A model generated the notes under the pieces. The model worked only from the letters and a program-made list of their open reading frames with translations. It had not been told where the DNA came from and searched no databases. Positions 1-8,473 of a stretch of 64,000 nt of DNA are shown one piece after another (within the stretch, counting starts at the first letter, position 1; each line of letters opens with the position of its first letter). The stretch is from Promethearchaeota archaeon (GTDB lineage Archaea; Asgardarchaeota; Thorarchaeia; Thorarchaeales; Thorarchaeaceae). Made by a program: the position numbers and the translations under genes. Where the stretch lies: assembly GCA_014728035.1 (NCBI GenBank), contig WJMJ01000101.1, forward strand, positions 57,358 through 121,357, in the 5' to 3' direction.

Positions 1-105
1 TTTAATGGGTGGGATAGAAACATAATCTCTCAATTGTAGATATTTAGATTCCCCGCATCAAAAATAATATGTAGGCGTCAGCAATCTTACCGTTTTGATG
101 GGGGT

Positions 106-243
106 ATGCAAATGCCAAGTTGCTGCAGGGAAGCGAAAGTATTACACGAAGCATATTATGATGGCCATTTGTTTAGATGGTTGAGATGTGATATTTGTGG
201 TGGTTTGCGTCTAGAGAAAGTGGACCATCAACGGGTTGCATAA
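106..243 (+). CDS. Small Cys-containing protein (45 aa, MQMPSCC...CDICGG), possible Zn-binding; below the ORF-track size cut-off
   Basis: Hand translation: ATG 106 (or 112) to TAA 243; GGGGG just upstream; CC and CxxC pairs. Confidence 0.4.
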   Translation: MQMPSCCREAKVLHEAYYDGHLFRWLRCDICGGLRLEKVDHQRVA

Positions 244-297
244 TTACACCCTATGTACAATTGATGTCGGCAATATATAATATTAACTAACAATGTC

Positions 298-355
298 AGG
301 CCCTCATCCTCGGGCCTAAGCTCACCCACGATGGTGAGTAATCTCCGGATGGAGA
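298..355. ncRNA. Three adjacent GC-rich hairpins in the CRISPR leader region (possible structured RNA)
   Basis: AGGCCC/GGGCCT (298-317), CTCACC/GGTGAG (321-338), TCTCC/GGAGA (342-355). Confidence 0.35.
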
Positions 356-373
356 CCATACAACGGGTGTAAT

Positions 374-700
374 GTGACGTCCACGTACGCATGGGAGGAT
401 GGAAAGGAGGGCCAGCCATGGCTTCGATCTACAAGTGACGTCCACGTACGCATGGGAGGATGACACGCCTTAGTCTCTCAGAGTCACAGTGGCCGGTGAT
501 GCCCACGTACGCATGGGAGGATGGCTTGATGTGGTTGCTTCGGCACAAAAACATTGCGTGATGCCCACGTACGCATGGGAGGATGGACTATGTAGCCGCG
601 TGCCGCTCTTTCCGAACGTGACGCCCATGTGGGAGGATGGCCGACGGCGAACGGTGTAGATTCGGCGTGACGCCCACGTACGTATTGTACGCGTGGATGA
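374..700 (+). CRISPR. Mini CRISPR array, type I-E-like geometry, no cas genes in window
   Basis: 28-nt repeat GTGAYGYCCACGTACGCATGGGAGGATG at 374, 435, 496, 558; 6-nt-deleted copy at 618; degenerate copy at 667; unique spacers of 33, 33, 34, 32, 27 nt; internal hairpin CCCACG-TACG-CATGGG; decay toward the right end. Confidence 0.88.
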
Positions 701-717
701 TATAGGAGGTATATATT

Positions 718-996
718 ATGGGATATTATATTCGTACATGGTTCGCTTGGGTGATATCGGCACACCATTTTTGCGATACTATTTCTTTGGCAGCAAGAAA
801 ATCCAAATTTGACAAAGGAATTGAATCATTGAGAATGATCTATCAAACAATAGACAATCTTGGATGGCGATATTATCCAATGAAATTATATATATATCTG
901 TATCATAATGATCAGATGGATCTTTTCTCATTATATAATGAGATGTCAATATATAAGGATTCGGACAAAAATATTAAAACAAAATTGCCTACATAG
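718..996 (+). CDS. Hypothetical protein directly downstream of the array
   Basis: 92-aa ORF with strong AGGAGGT RBS at 704-710. Confidence 0.45.
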   Translation: MGYYIRTWFAWVISAHHFCDTISLAARKSKFDKGIESLRMIYQTIDNLGWRYYPMKLYIYLYHNDQMDLFSLYNEMSIYKDSDKNIKTKLPT

Positions 997-1005
997 GAGA
1001 ATCAA

Positions 1006-1647
1006 ATGTCCGAGTCTAATGAAGTCATTGAAGAGCGCAAAGATCTTACCGAGATTCCTGGCAATCCAGCATTTGATGGTCGTAGGAAATGGGATCTCAT
1101 TATGTCAATGGAAGATCCAGAGGAGCTTGCAGAAACACTTCGCAATCTATTCACTGGTCCTGGTGCTGGTAAGTCTGCACAAAAACAGCTTGAAAACATT
1201 AGAGTGGTTATGGGTGATAGAGAACCACGTAGTGGTCAAGAATCGTTTTATTTGAGTCAGGCACACAGATATGGTCCAGTAGTTGCTCTTCAGGACATAT
1301 TTAAGAACTTTATTCTTGGGGCGATGGGTCTTGGTGGCGGGATAATTCGTAGAGAAGACCTTGACAAAGAATATATGATGGTTGGCGAGGACACTGAGAT
1401 AGAGATTGATGGTAAACGATTTTTATTGGAGAAGGGCGATAGGATTGCCGTGACTTCTAAATCGGTGGTATCTGAAGAAGCCATGCGTTTGTATTTGGTG
1501 TCTGGTGGTGATTATGGTATGTTTGAACAACCAGTTGTTGTATGCAATGAAGACGATCTGGATGATGCTATTGAGATGATGAGAACAAAAGTTGATTCGG
1601 TCACTGTGAATCCAATTGGCAATCCAGTATCAACGCGTGGTTATTAA
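1006..1647 (+). CDS. Hypothetical phage protein
   Basis: 213 aa, AGGAG RBS; contains G-x3-LLE-x-GD-x-I motif shared with the next gene. Confidence 0.75.
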   Translation: MSESNEVIEERKDLTEIPGNPAFDGRRKWDLIMSMEDPEELAETLRNLFTGPGAGKSAQKQLENIRVVMGDREPRSGQESFYLSQAHRYGPVVALQDIFKNFILGAMGLGGGIIRREDLDKEYMMVGEDTEIEIDGKRFLLEKGDRIAVTSKSVVSEEAMRLYLVSGGDYGMFEQPVVVCNEDDLDDAIEMMRTKVDSVTVNPIGNPVSTRGY

Positions 1648-1669
1648 ACACACAAATACGGAGAATAAG

Positions 1670-2002
1670 ATGAAAAAGTTGACTATGAATGAATTCGTAG
1701 TATCATCCGATTTTAAAGCCATTGTTGAAGGCGACACGATTCTGTTTGAACGTGGTGATATTGTTACATGTGGTAAAGGCAAGTCTCTTGATGCCGATGT
1801 AGAAGCAATATTGGGTGGGAATTCATACTTGCTTGAAGCCGGGGATAAAATTCAGCTGAAAGAATCAAAGAAAAAGCTAGTAAAAACTAAATCCCTGGGC
1901 AAAGATCAAGACCATGATGAATATGATGAAAAAGACAAGTACGATGAAAAAGATGAATATGATGAAGATGAATATGATGAAGAAGATTATGACGAGGACT
2001 AG
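1670..2002 (+). CDS. Hypothetical protein with duplicated G-x3-L(L/F)E-x-GD motif and DEY-rich acidic tail
   Basis: ATG 1670 with GGAG RBS; tail DEYDEKDKYDEKDEYDEDEYDEEDYDED. Confidence 0.7.
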   Translation: MKKLTMNEFVVSSDFKAIVEGDTILFERGDIVTCGKGKSLDADVEAILGGNSYLLEAGDKIQLKESKKKLVKTKSLGKDQDHDEYDEKDKYDEKDEYDEDEYDEEDYDED

Positions 2003-2042
2003 CAAGACATAGAATATATAATCAATTATTAGATGACGTATA

Positions 2043-2720
2043 GTGAAGAAGATAAGAACATGTGCTGATGCAGTTCTTATAGGTTCATCAGCTACACATT
2101 TTTGGTTCCCTGACTTCAGACTTAAAGATTATGATTTTTATGCATACCCCAGTTTTATTGGCAGATTTTTAAAAACCAATCCTAGTGCTGCACTCATAAA
2201 ACAGCACAAATCCATAAAATATTACGAGCTTAATGGACAGTCCATAGATATCGTTTGTGATACTGGTGTCAATGGTATTGGTGAAATAGTAGATGCCAAT
2301 TGTGGTTCAGCTATTATTGAATTATTTGGTCTTAAGGTGCTGGTAGCCAAACCAACAACATTGCTTCTTATAAAGAAGTTATATTCTTGTACGAATTCAC
2401 GTTGGCATAAGAACTTATCTGATTATATGTTCTTAAAGGAAAACGTAATGGAGGAACCTAGCCGCGATGAATTAGCGGCCATCACCAAAAGAACTGCATA
2501 TATGTGTAATGTGTGGAGAGGTAAAAATAATCGTAGATTCACGCCAGAAGATGTAATCAATCGACTAGAACATAGTCAAGACAGAGTAGCAGATTTATAT
2601 AAAATTGTAAAAGAAGCAGATTTTAATACAAATGAATGGATACGTGACAATATTGATCGCTTGCGTGAAATTCCTCAGTATAATTCTACTAACACCACAT
2701 TTACATCATTGGTGATGTAG
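2043..2720 (+). CDS. Pol-beta-like nucleotidyltransferase-fold protein
   Basis: N-terminal hGS-x12-DxD motif (LIGSSA...KDYDF). Confidence 0.55.
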   Translation: MKKIRTCADAVLIGSSATHFWFPDFRLKDYDFYAYPSFIGRFLKTNPSAALIKQHKSIKYYELNGQSIDIVCDTGVNGIGEIVDANCGSAIIELFGLKVLVAKPTTLLLIKKLYSCTNSRWHKNLSDYMFLKENVMEEPSRDELAAITKRTAYMCNVWRGKNNRRFTPEDVINRLEHSQDRVADLYKIVKEADFNTNEWIRDNIDRLREIPQYNSTNTTFTSLVM

Positions 2721-3070
2721 ACATACTTGTCACGATCAATAAATACGAATTGAAAAGGATAACCAAAAACATCTGGTATGTCGTGACCTCGCCAGTCTGG
2801 TAGAATCCATGCTGGCGAGAATGTTATATCAGACGCAATGTTGATTCGTCGGGCTTTAATGCTGTCGGGTGGCGGGGCCATCTTCCTATTGAGTTCAATG
2901 CATGTAATGGTGTAATCCGATATTATATATTTAACGCCAAGTCTGTCTCGGAAACATATCTGATCATCCTCGAATAGATTTGGGAATGCGTTCTGTTCGT
3001 GTATGCGATATATTTCACAGTCTTCGAATGGTTTGTCTCCAGATATGATCATTCTTTTAACTTTAACCAT
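2675..3070 (-). CDS. Hypothetical protein
   Basis: 131-aa ORF with GAGGAG RBS. Confidence 0.6.
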   Translation of the reverse strand: MVKVKRMIISGDKPFEDCEIYRIHEQNAFPNLFEDDQICFRDRLGVKYIISDYTITCIELNRKMAPPPDSIKARRINIASDITFSPAWILPDWRGHDIPDVFGYPFQFVFIDRDKYVYITNDVNVVLVELY

Positions 3071-3224
3071 GATGGCTCCTCATGAATTTTATCACATATC
3101 GTTGTAGGGTTTGATTTTCATTATTTTGTCGTAATTTTTCAATCATTTGGTCTTCGGATAAATTGGGGAATTTTACCAGATATCTCTTAGCCTTCGACAG
3201 CAGTCTTGCTGTGGGTGAATGCAT
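3063..3224 (-). CDS. Small hypothetical protein (53 aa)
   Basis: Hand translation MHSPTARLLS...; AAGGA RBS; fills the intergenic gap and its stop overlaps the next start. Confidence 0.4.
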   Translation of the reverse strand: MHSPTARLLSKAKRYLVKFPNLSEDQMIEKLRQNNENQTLQRYVIKFMRSHHG

Positions 3225-3299
3225 ATTTATCCTTAATCAGCAAGTATATTAATTACAACCATATATTATGTTTGATCACAAAAATAGTATGGAGATAAA

Positions 3300-3566
3300 A
3301 TGCCTGAATGGCCACGATCCAAGTCTGCCGATAATTTCATGATGACTTCAAAGGTGGGTATGATGCAACCAGATGATCAAAATCCAGTACCCGAGCAAGA
3401 CGTCATGCGCATAGCAGCAATGATGGATCAAGTGAATACAGGTCCATCTTCTACTGTACCAAAAGGCAGTGTGAACAAAGCAGATATAAAAATATCAAAC
3501 AATCAACAGCACGATGGGCAGCGTGTTTTGTATGCTAAGCGTAAGGGGCGCTTCAATTGTATTTGA
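3300..3566 (+). CDS. Hypothetical protein
   Basis: 88 aa, GGAG RBS, AAAnATA motif upstream. Confidence 0.6.
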   Translation: MPEWPRSKSADNFMMTSKVGMMQPDDQNPVPEQDVMRIAAMMDQVNTGPSSTVPKGSVNKADIKISNNQQHDGQRVLYAKRKGRFNCI

Positions 3567-3572
3567 TCAAAC

Positions 3573-4742
3573 ATGATAGAAGAATTACGTAGTCAATTAA
3601 AGCGTTACGAAAACATCATTGAAAACCGCAAAATAAATCCGGTTGAAGAAAATCCTGAATCTCAGCGTATATGGCAGAACCGTATTTGTGACCGTATGGA
3701 TGAGATCAGGGATAAAATCAAGTCACTAGAACAGAAACAAAATCATACCCACAGCAACGCCAAGAAAATCATTTTGAAAAATGAACAATCTCCAGGTGAT
3801 ATTGTGATGTTAACTGCGGCGGTACGTGATCTGCATCTGAGCCATCCTGGGAAATTTATTACGGACGTCCGCACCTTATTCCCAGATATTTGGTTGCACA
3901 ATCCATATATAACGTCACTTAATGAAGAAGACGATGATGTGGATGTTATAGATATGCAATATCCAATTATACATAATAGTAATGATGGGGCTTACCATTT
4001 TATACATGGTTTTAGCATGTTTCTGGAAGATCAACTTGGGATTAGAATTAAGGTGCATAAATTCCAAGGAGATATTTATTTAAGCGATGAAGAAAAATCC
4101 TGGGTCAGCATGGTCGAGGAACATTATACACACGAGGATACACCGTTTTGGTTAATATGTACTGGTGGTAAGACTGACTATACTGCAAAATGGTGGATTG
4201 CAGAATATGCACAAGAGGTGGTGGATCATTTTGTTGGCAAGATTCAATTTGTACAGTTTGGTGCGGAAGGAGAAGGACATTATCATCAACGTCTACATAA
4301 TGTGATAGATTTGATAGGCAAAACTGATATTCGTATGTTTATGAGATTGATGTATCATGCGGATGGTGTAGTGTGCCCCGTGACTATGGCCATGCATCTA
4401 GCTGCAGCAATACCAACAAAACCAGGAAAGCCAAAAAACAGGGCATGTGTGGTGACAGCGGGTGGTAGGGAGCCAAGTAATTTTACATTTTACACAAATC
4501 ATCAATATCTTCACACTAATGGCGCGTTGAAATGCTGTGATAATGGGGGTTGTTGGAAAAGTAGGACTGATAGACTGGGCGATGGAGACCATAAAGACAA
4601 CGAATTGTGCGTTGATACTGTGCAATTCAATGGTCGTAAGGTACAGCGTTGTATGTACGAATGCGTGAAGCCAATAGATGTGATCAGAGCAATTGAGAAA
4701 CATTATGATGGTGGGGCATTGAATTTTGGAATATCAACATAA
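3573..4742 (+). CDS. GT9 (ADP-heptose:LPS heptosyltransferase-like) glycosyltransferase with N-terminal coiled coil and Cys-rich C-terminus
   Basis: PGDIVMLTAAVRDL, DLIGKT, MHLAAA; paralog of 46314..47378. Confidence 0.8.
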   Translation: MIEELRSQLKRYENIIENRKINPVEENPESQRIWQNRICDRMDEIRDKIKSLEQKQNHTHSNAKKIILKNEQSPGDIVMLTAAVRDLHLSHPGKFITDVRTLFPDIWLHNPYITSLNEEDDDVDVIDMQYPIIHNSNDGAYHFIHGFSMFLEDQLGIRIKVHKFQGDIYLSDEEKSWVSMVEEHYTHEDTPFWLICTGGKTDYTAKWWIAEYAQEVVDHFVGKIQFVQFGAEGEGHYHQRLHNVIDLIGKTDIRMFMRLMYHADGVVCPVTMAMHLAAAIPTKPGKPKNRACVVTAGGREPSNFTFYTNHQYLHTNGALKCCDNGGCWKSRTDRLGDGDHKDNELCVDTVQFNGRKVQRCMYECVKPIDVIRAIEKHYDGGALNFGIST

Positions 4743-6153
4743 ACTGGGCATCGTATTGCCTACTAATATACGAGGAATCAGAGATAAGATTCTGATTAAG
4801 GAATCTGGTAGGTTCGTATCACAATGTCAAAGTAAACTTAATGCGCTTGTGGCAGTATCAAATTGTGACGATGATATATTGGGATTCAAGGCAGATGTTC
4901 ACATAAAATGTGATAAAGATGGTATTGTGAATCCAACTATCAGAATGATAGATAGATTGAAGAACAAATGTCAATATATAATGAGAGTCACACAAGACAC
5001 AATTATCGATTTTGATGAATTCATAAAGACATTCGATGAGGTTGATGGCACTGATAATTTTATATGTGGTGGCAAGGCATCGCTTAACAACATACAGATG
5101 GAACGCACTAAAGGTAGGGCCAATGCATTAGGAATATCTATTTCTGATGGTAGAGATTACGTGCAGGGCAATGTCATGTTGGCACCTACACGTGTGTGGT
5201 TGGAATATTATTATCGTGTGGCTCAGGTGGTAAAACACTATGGTGATGATTCATTATTGTCTCGTATAGCTAATAAAAATGGCATTGAATTGCGATTTGT
5301 GGAAAAGTTCTGGCAACATAAGCACATAAAAGTAGATAGAGTCAATATTAAGAAACCATTAATAGCTAGTTTCCCGAGATCTGGAACGCACTTTTTAATA
5401 AATACTATTAAAGATAACTTCATAGACGTTGATAATGGGTGGGTAGATGTTGTCCATGGTGTTAAGCACAGGTGGGTTAAAGATGTCAAACCAGATGGTA
5501 GTAATTTGTCAGAAAAGATCAGGGAACAGTTGATCAAATATGGCGAATCGCCCGTGCGCAAACCTCTTAAGACACATTATCAGTTTTACTTCCTGGAGCG
5601 CCATTGGGATGTGATAAAAGAACTCTATGATGTGTTCTATATAATTCGCGACCCAAGAGACGTAATGGCAGCATGCTTCAATTATTATAATAAAACTAAT
5701 TTTGAGATTTTCATAAAAGAGAAGAATTTCTCTAAATTTTTGCGCCATGAGCTTTGGAATGCACATTCAGAGACACAACCATTTTCTTTTAGCCTCGTTA
5801 AACCTCGCAATATAGTTGACAAATGGAATAAGCACGTCCATAGCTGGATGACATTTGTAAATAGAGGCGTGACTTTGATTAAATTTGAGGACTTAAATCA
5901 AAATCCGACAAGAGTAATAAATCATATCGAGAATGAAACGAGTCAGAATAAAATAAATGACAAAATTAAAATAGTTGACATTAATGATAAAAGATATCGA
6001 CCTGATTACGAGGGAGATAATCCGAGAGGTATTGGGTGCTGGAAGCATTATTTTAATTTAGATGACATTGACTGGTTGTATGGGGGAATCAATTTTGCAC
6101 AGATATATACAAATACGACAGCCGAAAACCAAACAGCACACAACATCCATTAA
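4726..6153 (+). CDS. Glycosyltransferase-like N-terminal domain fused to a PAPS-dependent sulfotransferase domain
   Basis: ASFPRSGTHFL (5'-PSB), LKTH, YIIRDPRDV (3'-PB), RGIGCWKHYF; GT-A call for the N-terminus is weaker. Confidence 0.75.
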   Translation: MEYQHKLGIVLPTNIRGIRDKILIKESGRFVSQCQSKLNALVAVSNCDDDILGFKADVHIKCDKDGIVNPTIRMIDRLKNKCQYIMRVTQDTIIDFDEFIKTFDEVDGTDNFICGGKASLNNIQMERTKGRANALGISISDGRDYVQGNVMLAPTRVWLEYYYRVAQVVKHYGDDSLLSRIANKNGIELRFVEKFWQHKHIKVDRVNIKKPLIASFPRSGTHFLINTIKDNFIDVDNGWVDVVHGVKHRWVKDVKPDGSNLSEKIREQLIKYGESPVRKPLKTHYQFYFLERHWDVIKELYDVFYIIRDPRDVMAACFNYYNKTNFEIFIKEKNFSKFLRHELWNAHSETQPFSFSLVKPRNIVDKWNKHVHSWMTFVNRGVTLIKFEDLNQNPTRVINHIENETSQNKINDKIKIVDINDKRYRPDYEGDNPRGIGCWKHYFNLDDIDWLYGGINFAQIYTNTTAENQTAHNIH

Positions 6154-6904
6154 AAAGAAGCTACTCGTCAGAAAATCAAATAAAATTCCGGTTGTGATTC
6201 GTAGTCGAAATAGATGCGAATTTCTAGATGTTACATTAAGAAGTATGATTTCAACCGGAATTTATCCTGATTTGATTATTGATGATGTTAGTGACGATAA
6301 ATTGACTAAACAATATTTGTTCACAGATCAAAAAATGCACATGAGAGTTAGATGGCCAACAGATGCCGAATGGATACAATACGTTGGAAAATTAAATAAT
6401 ACCTGGCACACAAAAGGTATCCGTTATTCTCATAAAGTAGTTCAGCCTACGAATCGCAAGGGTGTGTTGGGTGGTGTGTTTTGGTGTCTAACTTATGCAT
6501 TCAATAAATTTAACGCAGATGCTGTTATATTGATAGAGTCTGATGTACTGTTTTGCTATAAATGGTATGATACTTTAATACAAGAATACAATATAACACC
6601 GGATGCTGGCATTGTTGCTGGTTTTGTTTGCCAATCTGGATTCATACCAAATGTGTTGATACTGGTAACTAGAGATTTATATAACAAAAGATGTATGTCA
6701 TTTAATCGTGAGTATGATATTAATAAAACTGATGGCGATAGGGCATTGAGAAGAATGTGTAAAAATGTGGGGTTAACTGTTAAATGCACTGATAAATCTG
6801 TTTGTCAGCATATTGGATTTATATCATCGTGTCACATGAGGGCACGTAAAAAAGACCGTGCAATAAGTAAAAGCCTAATTGATAGTTTGTGTTTTAATGC
6901 ATAG
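6095..6904 (+). CDS. GT2/GT-A-like glycosyltransferase
   Basis: IPVVIRSRNR..FLDVTLRS, IIDD, LIESDVLF, CQHIG; likely TTG start at 6095 with GGGGGA RBS; paralog of 9238..10038. Confidence 0.7.
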   Translation: MHRYIQIRQPKTKQHTTSIKKKLLVRKSNKIPVVIRSRNRCEFLDVTLRSMISTGIYPDLIIDDVSDDKLTKQYLFTDQKMHMRVRWPTDAEWIQYVGKLNNTWHTKGIRYSHKVVQPTNRKGVLGGVFWCLTYAFNKFNADAVILIESDVLFCYKWYDTLIQEYNITPDAGIVAGFVCQSGFIPNVLILVTRDLYNKRCMSFNREYDINKTDGDRALRRMCKNVGLTVKCTDKSVCQHIGFISSCHMRARKKDRAISKSLIDSLCFNA

Positions 6905-7655
6905 ATATATTCAGATTTATAAACATAAAAGCAAATCTCGTCCTGTTAGGCATAAACAGAACGAAATTCGTATAATATTCAGTTTTATTGTTCCATATCG
7001 TGATAGACAAGAAATGATACCAGGATTGATCAAGAATATAAACAAATATTATAATAATTACGAAATCTTAATCATCGAGCAAAGAAATAATAAACCATTT
7101 ATGCGTGGTCAATTATGTAATCTAGGTTATCAAAGAAGTATTGGTAAATATGTAATATTTATGGATGTTGATGCCAGATTTTTATATAAGATTGATTTGG
7201 TTCCCAAAGACAGACCTATGGTAATGTTTACAACTGTAGTACAAGTGAAAGAAGATGGTGACAAACTAATACCATTAAGCGAAAGTCGTAGATTATCTGG
7301 GTTTGGTCTTTGTACTGCGTTTAGTAGGAAGCAATTTGAAGAATCGAATGGATTTTCAAATTTACCAATTGGGTGGGGATGCGAAGATAATATACTGCAC
7401 AAAAGAGCAAATCTCATACGCATGCCACATAAGATGGGTCATGTATGGCATGGTAATATTGGTTGGCGTGGAAAGACAACAAAGAAGGCACTGGCAAATA
7501 ATAGAAAGATACTAAATGCGGAACGTAATAAAGACACATCACACGATTCTTACAAACATACAACAGGTGTGAATGAAATCAAAAATGTTGCACATCAATA
7601 TGACTACAACCGGTATATTATATACTCATTTGAAGATATAGAAGTGAATAAATGA
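6897..7655 (+). CDS. GT7 (beta-1,4-galactosyltransferase-like) glycosyltransferase
   Basis: IVPYRDR, FMRGQLCNLG, FMDVD, NGFSN...GWGCED. Confidence 0.85.
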   Translation: MHRYIQIYKHKSKSRPVRHKQNEIRIIFSFIVPYRDRQEMIPGLIKNINKYYNNYEILIIEQRNNKPFMRGQLCNLGYQRSIGKYVIFMDVDARFLYKIDLVPKDRPMVMFTTVVQVKEDGDKLIPLSESRRLSGFGLCTAFSRKQFEESNGFSNLPIGWGCEDNILHKRANLIRMPHKMGHVWHGNIGWRGKTTKKALANNRKILNAERNKDTSHDSYKHTTGVNEIKNVAHQYDYNRYIIYSFEDIEVNK

Positions 7656-8473
7656 AGATATTTATCGGTGCACATTGGCCACACCATATACATAAATGGT
7701 TATTAAATTTAATAACGTATTTGCGCCATAATGGTATCGGTGTGGATTACCAAACAAAATTTAATGGTGGTGTTGACATGGCAGAAAGAGCTAGCAAATC
7801 AGATATTGTTATTATCTGGAATGGAGAAGAAGAATGTTATTTACCAACAAAATTGGTATGCAAGGAAAACAATATTCCGTGTTATATTGCAGAAGTTGGA
7901 TATTTTCCGCAGCATAAATTCTTTATATTGGATACAGTTGGAATTAATGCATCATCATCATTGATGAATGATGATTTGTCGTGGATAACAGAAAAACACA
8001 TGGAAAAAGCAAAAAAGAGAAAAGTTGCTCTCATGGGCAAAAGGAAGAGAATTGCTGGTGATTATACATTTGTGCCTCTACAATACTATAGAGATACTAA
8101 TATAACACATCATTCACCATTCAAGGATATGTTTTCTTTTATCAATCATGTTGAGATGAAATTTCGTGGTGATAATGTAATATTTAAAAGGCATCCGCGA
8201 GACAAAACGATATATAATAGTAAATTTCCAGTCGTTACTAGTGGTTCAAGTATAGATTATGTATTAAGATGTAAGAATGTATATGGTATTAATTCTACTG
8301 TGCTATTTGAGGCCGCACTTTTTGGTGTGCCTGTAGAATCAATTGGTGATGGTTTATTAAGGGCACATCGTGGTAATTACGATAAAATTGTTGCTGCATT
8401 GGTCGATAGGGAGATTCCAGTAAATACCACTAATCTTGATTATTGGATAAGACCGATCATAGAAGGACAATGA
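7652..8473 (+). CDS. KpsS/KpsC-like capsule biosynthesis glycosyltransferase (GT107-like)
   Basis: EVGYFP, FVPLQ...D, FKRHP, INSTVLFEAALFG. Confidence 0.75.
   Translation: MKIFIGAHWPHHIHKWLLNLITYLRHNGIGVDYQTKFNGGVDMAERASKSDIVIIWNGEEECYLPTKLVCKENNIPCYIAEVGYFPQHKFFILDTVGINASSSLMNDDLSWITEKHMEKAKKRKVALMGKRKRIAGDYTFVPLQYYRDTNITHHSPFKDMFSFINHVEMKFRGDNVIFKRHPRDKTIYNSKFPVVTSGSSIDYVLRCKNVYGINSTVLFEAALFGVPVESIGDGLLRAHRGNYDKIVAALVDREIPVNTTNLDYWIRPIIEGQ

Noticed and set aside
228-768. ORFs 228..419 and 484..768 (-) over the array
   Set aside because: Their repeated HPPMRTW peptides are translations of the repeats; treated as shadows.
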